From: Octopus vulgaris | Taxonomy: Eukaryota | DNA: 64,000 nucleotides | NCBI GenBank assembly: GCA_951406725.2 | Contig: OX597843.1 | Coordinates: 19,902,001 to 19,966,000 of the forward strand | Direction of reading: 5' to 3' | Part shown: positions 59,718-64,000 of the stretch, one piece after another | How positions within the stretch are numbered: the first letter of the stretch is position 1 | Layout: each line of letters opens with the position of its first letter | Translations under genes and position numbers: made by a program | Notes under the pieces: generated by a model | Seen by the model: only the letters and a program-made list of their open reading frames with translations | Database searches by the model: none | Told to the model about the DNA's origin: nothing

Positions 59718-62650
59718 CCATATGGACGCAGAGGTGAAAATAAAAGATTTCACCATTGTTCGTGCGGATCGCACAGACCGAAATAAGGGAGGGACAGCCA
59801 TCTTTATCCATGACTCCTTTTCACTTGATGCCAAGGACACATTTTCCAATGGCTACTGTGAATCGGTATCAGTATACAACAAAGCCAAGGACATAACCAT
59901 TGTTGGTCTTTACAGGCCTCCCCAGGCACCTCTAAAGTACTTTGAAGAGTGCCTTAGCAAAGTCAAGTCCTTCCTTCGGAAGTACCACTCCGGAAACATA
60001 ATAGTGATGGGTGATTTTAACCTCCCTCATGTGAACTGGCCCACAAATACTCCGAAGTTAGGCAAGTGCTCTACATCAGATAGGGCAGCAGCAGAACTGC
60101 TCTTTAATCTGATGGATGAGTATTTCCTGACTCAGCTAGTGCTTGAACCAACGAGACAGAATAAAACGATCTTGGATCTGGTACTGACCAATCACTCTAG
60201 CTACGTTCACAGCATTTCAGTCGAAAAAACTCTCCTCTCAGACCACGACATGGTACTCTGCAATCTTAATTCCCGACGTATACAAACCAAACCAGCCAAT
60301 CCCACTCCATGGCACCCATTTGACAACATAAATTTCCACAAAGTGGACTGGGGAACAATCAGAAAGGATCTGTCTTCCATCGACTGGTCTTTTACTCTCA
60401 ATTCCCCTCATATTGAGACCGCGTGGCAGCACTTTGAAACCATTGTCACCGACACATGCTCTAAACACGCTCCCAAGAAATCTACTAACACAAACAGAAA
60501 CCGGCTCCCTAAAAAGAAAAAAACACTCATCAGGCGCATCAAAAGACTCAACAAAAAAATCAACCAATTAAAATATTCCCACACGCAACATCCACATTCA
60601 ACAACAATGAAAAGACTAGAGCTGGAAAAACTTCATCTGCAGACTAACATGAAAACCTCCATTGAAAATCAGAGAGCTGTGGAGGAACAATGGGTAATCA
60701 AAAACATCAAACAGAACCCAAAAGTGTTCTATTCTTATGCAAATAAGCATAGAACCACTGTCTCACCTATTGGGCTATTGATTGATGAAAACGGCATTCC
60801 CCAACACGATGCTAAAGAAATGGCAGAAATACTGCAGAAACAATATTGCTCTGTCTTCAGTGTTCCCACTGATATTGATGTGAGGGAAACGAACGAAGCT
60901 GACTCCCAACACAAAATCGCAGACATAACCTTCACTGCCACCGACATCGTAGCAGCAATAAATGAGGTCAAACATTACTCCGCTGTAGGCCCTGATAGAT
61001 TTCCCGCCAGTCTCCTGAAGGAATGTAGATATCAACTTGCAGTCCCTCTGACCAACCTCTGGAGAAACTCGTTAGACGCAGGTTATATACCGAAAAAGTT
61101 TCTATCCCAGTCGGTCATCCCGGTTTTCAAACAGGGAAACAGATCCCTCGCAGTCAACTATCGCCCAATCTCACTCACCTCCCACATCATTAAAGTGTTT
61201 GAAAGAGTGTTAAGATCAAGGATAGCTGACTTCCTGGAGACCCACAAACTCCTAAATTCAAATCAACATGGCTTTCGCTGTGGCAGGGACTGTCTAACAC
61301 AGCTCTTACACCACATTGAAGATGTACTCAAAGCCTTGGGAACAGGTTCGAACTCTGACGTCATATACCTTGACTTCAGTAAAGCGTTCGACAGGGTAGA
61401 CCATAACATCCTACTCTCAAAATTGGCAAATGTTGGAATCCGTGGAAAAGTTCTACACTGGATTCAGTATTTCCTAGCGAATAGAACACAACATGTTGTA
61501 GTTGATGGAGTCCACTCAAACCCAGCAAAAGTCACCAGCGGTGTTCCCCAGGGAACTGTTTTGGGTCCGCTACTCTTCATAATTTATGTAAACGACCTTT
61601 CCAGTGTCGTACATCACTGCAAAGTGAAAATATTCGCTGATGACACTAAGCTCCAGCAAATCGTCAATGAAGAAGCAGACCGAACTCAACTCCAGTCTGA
61701 CCTATATGCTGTGAGTCAATGGGCAGACAGAAACAAAATGCAACTGAATGAGGGAAAATTTGAGCTGATGCATTTTGGAAGAAATTCCTCACTAAAACAA
61801 CCATACTCTCTTCCTTCAGGGGAACCGCTCACAGCCTCTAACAATATCAGAGACCTGGGTGTAATTGTTGATGACGATCTCAGTTGGAGTGCACACATCA
61901 ACAAGAAGGTCGATACAGCTCGTAGGATGAGTTCCTGGATCTTAAGAACTTTCCGGTCCAGAGAACAAGGTGTCATCATACCACTTTTTTCATCCTTTGT
62001 ACGGCCACACCTTGAATACTGCTGCCCACTGTGGTCTCCTCACACAAGACAAAACATCTCCAGAATTGAGTCACCCCAGAGGGCTCTCACTAAACAAATT
62101 GAAAGCATGGCTGCTCTCGACTATTGGGATCGCCTTAAAGCCTTGAAACTTTACTCCCTCCAGCGTCGCCGTGAGCGGTACATCATTTGTACGATGTGGA
62201 AAATATACCGCCAACTTTGCCCAAACGACCTAAACATTAGCTTCAAGGTTCATCCGAGACTTGGACCACGGGCTATACGTCCCCTGCCAAATTCAAGATC
62301 ACAACATACATGTACACTGCAACATAATTTCTTTTCCTCAACAGGCCCTGCCCTATTTAACATTGTCCCGAGGGAGATCAAAGAGGAAAAGGATCCCATC
62401 AACTTCAAACAGAGTCTGGATAGATTCCTTCAAAGAATACCAGACAAGCCACCCATAATTGGATACAACTCACCCAACAAGAACTCACTACTTGAACAAA
62501 ACTGGATACAACTCACCCAACAAGAACTCACTACTTGAACAAAACTTGACTTAAACAGGATTCGAATAATCCTATCAGGTGGTGCTATTAAGTTAGACAT
62601 GGCCTGGACCAATCTCTGGTCGAAACATATCTAAGTTTTATCTAAGTTTT
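59718..62650 (+). mobile_element. Young CR1-group LINE, slightly 5'-truncated
   Basis: Uninterrupted ORF; 3' stem-loop gacca-atctc-tggtc-gaaac; tail (tatctaagttt)x2 running into (TA)n; absent from copy A. Confidence 0.9.
59722..62538 (+). CDS. APE endonuclease-reverse transcriptase ORF2 (938 aa) of a CR1-group LINE
   Basis: GLYRPP, MGDFNLP, LDLVLTN, SDH, NYRPISLTS, YLDFSKAFDRVDH, SGVPQGTVLGPLLF, FADDTK and RPHLEYC; lacks the N-terminal APE motifs (N..., xET). Confidence 0.93.
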   Translation: MDAEVKIKDFTIVRADRTDRNKGGTAIFIHDSFSLDAKDTFSNGYCESVSVYNKAKDITIVGLYRPPQAPLKYFEECLSKVKSFLRKYHSGNIIVMGDFNLPHVNWPTNTPKLGKCSTSDRAAAELLFNLMDEYFLTQLVLEPTRQNKTILDLVLTNHSSYVHSISVEKTLLSDHDMVLCNLNSRRIQTKPANPTPWHPFDNINFHKVDWGTIRKDLSSIDWSFTLNSPHIETAWQHFETIVTDTCSKHAPKKSTNTNRNRLPKKKKTLIRRIKRLNKKINQLKYSHTQHPHSTTMKRLELEKLHLQTNMKTSIENQRAVEEQWVIKNIKQNPKVFYSYANKHRTTVSPIGLLIDENGIPQHDAKEMAEILQKQYCSVFSVPTDIDVRETNEADSQHKIADITFTATDIVAAINEVKHYSAVGPDRFPASLLKECRYQLAVPLTNLWRNSLDAGYIPKKFLSQSVIPVFKQGNRSLAVNYRPISLTSHIIKVFERVLRSRIADFLETHKLLNSNQHGFRCGRDCLTQLLHHIEDVLKALGTGSNSDVIYLDFSKAFDRVDHNILLSKLANVGIRGKVLHWIQYFLANRTQHVVVDGVHSNPAKVTSGVPQGTVLGPLLFIIYVNDLSSVVHHCKVKIFADDTKLQQIVNEEADRTQLQSDLYAVSQWADRNKMQLNEGKFELMHFGRNSSLKQPYSLPSGEPLTASNNIRDLGVIVDDDLSWSAHINKKVDTARRMSSWILRTFRSREQGVIIPLFSSFVRPHLEYCCPLWSPHTRQNISRIESPQRALTKQIESMAALDYWDRLKALKLYSLQRRRERYIICTMWKIYRQLCPNDLNISFKVHPRLGPRAIRPLPNSRSQHTCTLQHNFFSSTGPALFNIVPREIKEEKDPINFKQSLDRFLQRIPDKPPIIGYNSPNKNSLLEQNWIQLTQQELTT

Positions 62651-64000
62651 ATATATATATATATATATATATATTCGCGTTTGTGCTTGTGTGTCTGTGT
62701 TTGTCCCCCTAGCATTGCTTGACAACCGATGCTGGTGTTTTTATGTCCCCGTAACCTAGCGTTTCGGCAAAAGAAACCGTTAGAATAAGTACTGGGCTTA
62801 CAAAAGAATAAGTACCGGGGTCGAGTTGCTCGATCAAAGGCGGTGCTCCAGCATGGCCGCAGTCAAATGACTGAAACAAGTAAAAGAGTAAAAGAGAAAA
62901 GAGTATAACAAAAGAGGCGTTGTATTTCCATGCAGAAAAGTATATAAGATTTTTTTTGTTGAAAATGCCCCTAAATTTGAAAAAAACATGTAATTGTTTT
63001 TAAATAAATATATTTATATAAAATGGCGGCGCCCCAGCATGGCCACAGCTCGTGAGCTGAAACTAGATAATATAAAATAAAACAAATAAAAACAATATAC
63101 ATACCAAACTAGTTTCAACAATATTTTTTGTTTATCAATGGTAAAAATTTAAAATTATGAATTAGAAAAACATGTTTTTATGTTTATAAGTTTCGGTGAA
63201 ATGAAGTATGATTTTAAATGTTCATAAATTTCAATAATATATAAAAAATGTGGATCATTTTGCTCAAATGCACAACATTCAATAGTGTTAGTAGTGATCG
63301 ATAAGAAATGCGGATCATCAAAGGTTCGGCCATACTGAGTTAAGAGGGAGAAAAACAAGGGAGAAATGAAGATAGTGAAAAAAGGGTTTTTGTTTACAGT
63401 TTCTGTGATTCTCTTACCGACATGTGTAGGATCTTTTGCTTGTAAAGGCGTTTTTTTAGAATCCGGTGTATTTACGATTTTTTCCGTGAACGGATCTGAT
63501 ATTTGTTGATGTCTTATTTTTCTGGTGGTCAAGATTTTCATTCTGCCTGGTTGGCTTACCTGTGGGGAACGGTCATCAGCCATTCCAGTTGGTTGATTCT
63601 CTTAAAAGGGTAATTTTGTTGTATTTGCTGAAGTTCGATTTTGATTGTAAGTCAAATTTCATTGTTCTGGAGTTAGGTGACGTCAGCAACTGGTATGTGT
63701 ATGGTGATATTGTATGGCGATTCGGATTTGCGATTTCGAAACCCGCGTGGAAAACTGTTACTAAAGCGTTTTGAATATCTGTTTTTGTATCACGTTTGTT
63801 GTTTCTTTGTGGAGAAATTATGTTTCTTAATTTTTCGCTTTCGTGTTTAAACAGAGGTGAATAAGAGGGAATGAATTAAACGATATTCTTTATTCCATAA
63901 TACTACAATTGTTACTACATGATTTCACAACCATTGTACATGGTTCAGATGATATAATTAATAAATTGCGTAATCCTTACCATCTATCAGAGGTGTAAAA

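Larger units (their letters stand above)
48160..64000 (+). repeat. Segmental duplication copy B (paralog 197-13330), runs off the window end
   Basis: Colinear with copy A. Confidence 0.95.

Overview
AT-rich eukaryotic DNA packed with microsatellites and transposon debris. The SINE families present look like those I recall from octopus, so a cephalopod origin is likely (inference). Most of the window appears to be intronic. Two 72-nt phase-2 exons on the minus strand (31247-31318 and 15944-16015) each encode one leucine-rich repeat and splice in frame. They sit in nested duplications: an older one (~12.4-16.1 kb vs ~27.9-31.4 kb) and a younger one (~0.2-13.3 kb vs ~48.2-64 kb). The rest is Penelope-like elements (PLEs), RTE, HERO-like, Tx1-like and CR1-like LINEs, a Gypsy nested in a Helitron, Tc1/mariner remnants and SINEs. 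One CR1-like LINE keeps an open 938-aa APE-RT ORF. The most striking feature is a 2.7-copy tandem array of a 363-bp non-coding, highly self-complementary unit (11019-11988). Each unit carries a type I hammerhead ribozyme with a compensatory U3-A8 core, which fits a retrozyme-like circular-RNA element. About ten further hammerhead motifs, some in near-perfect palindromes, lie mostly beside (TA)n tracts. Everything here was read by eye, so identities and most TE boundaries are approximate.
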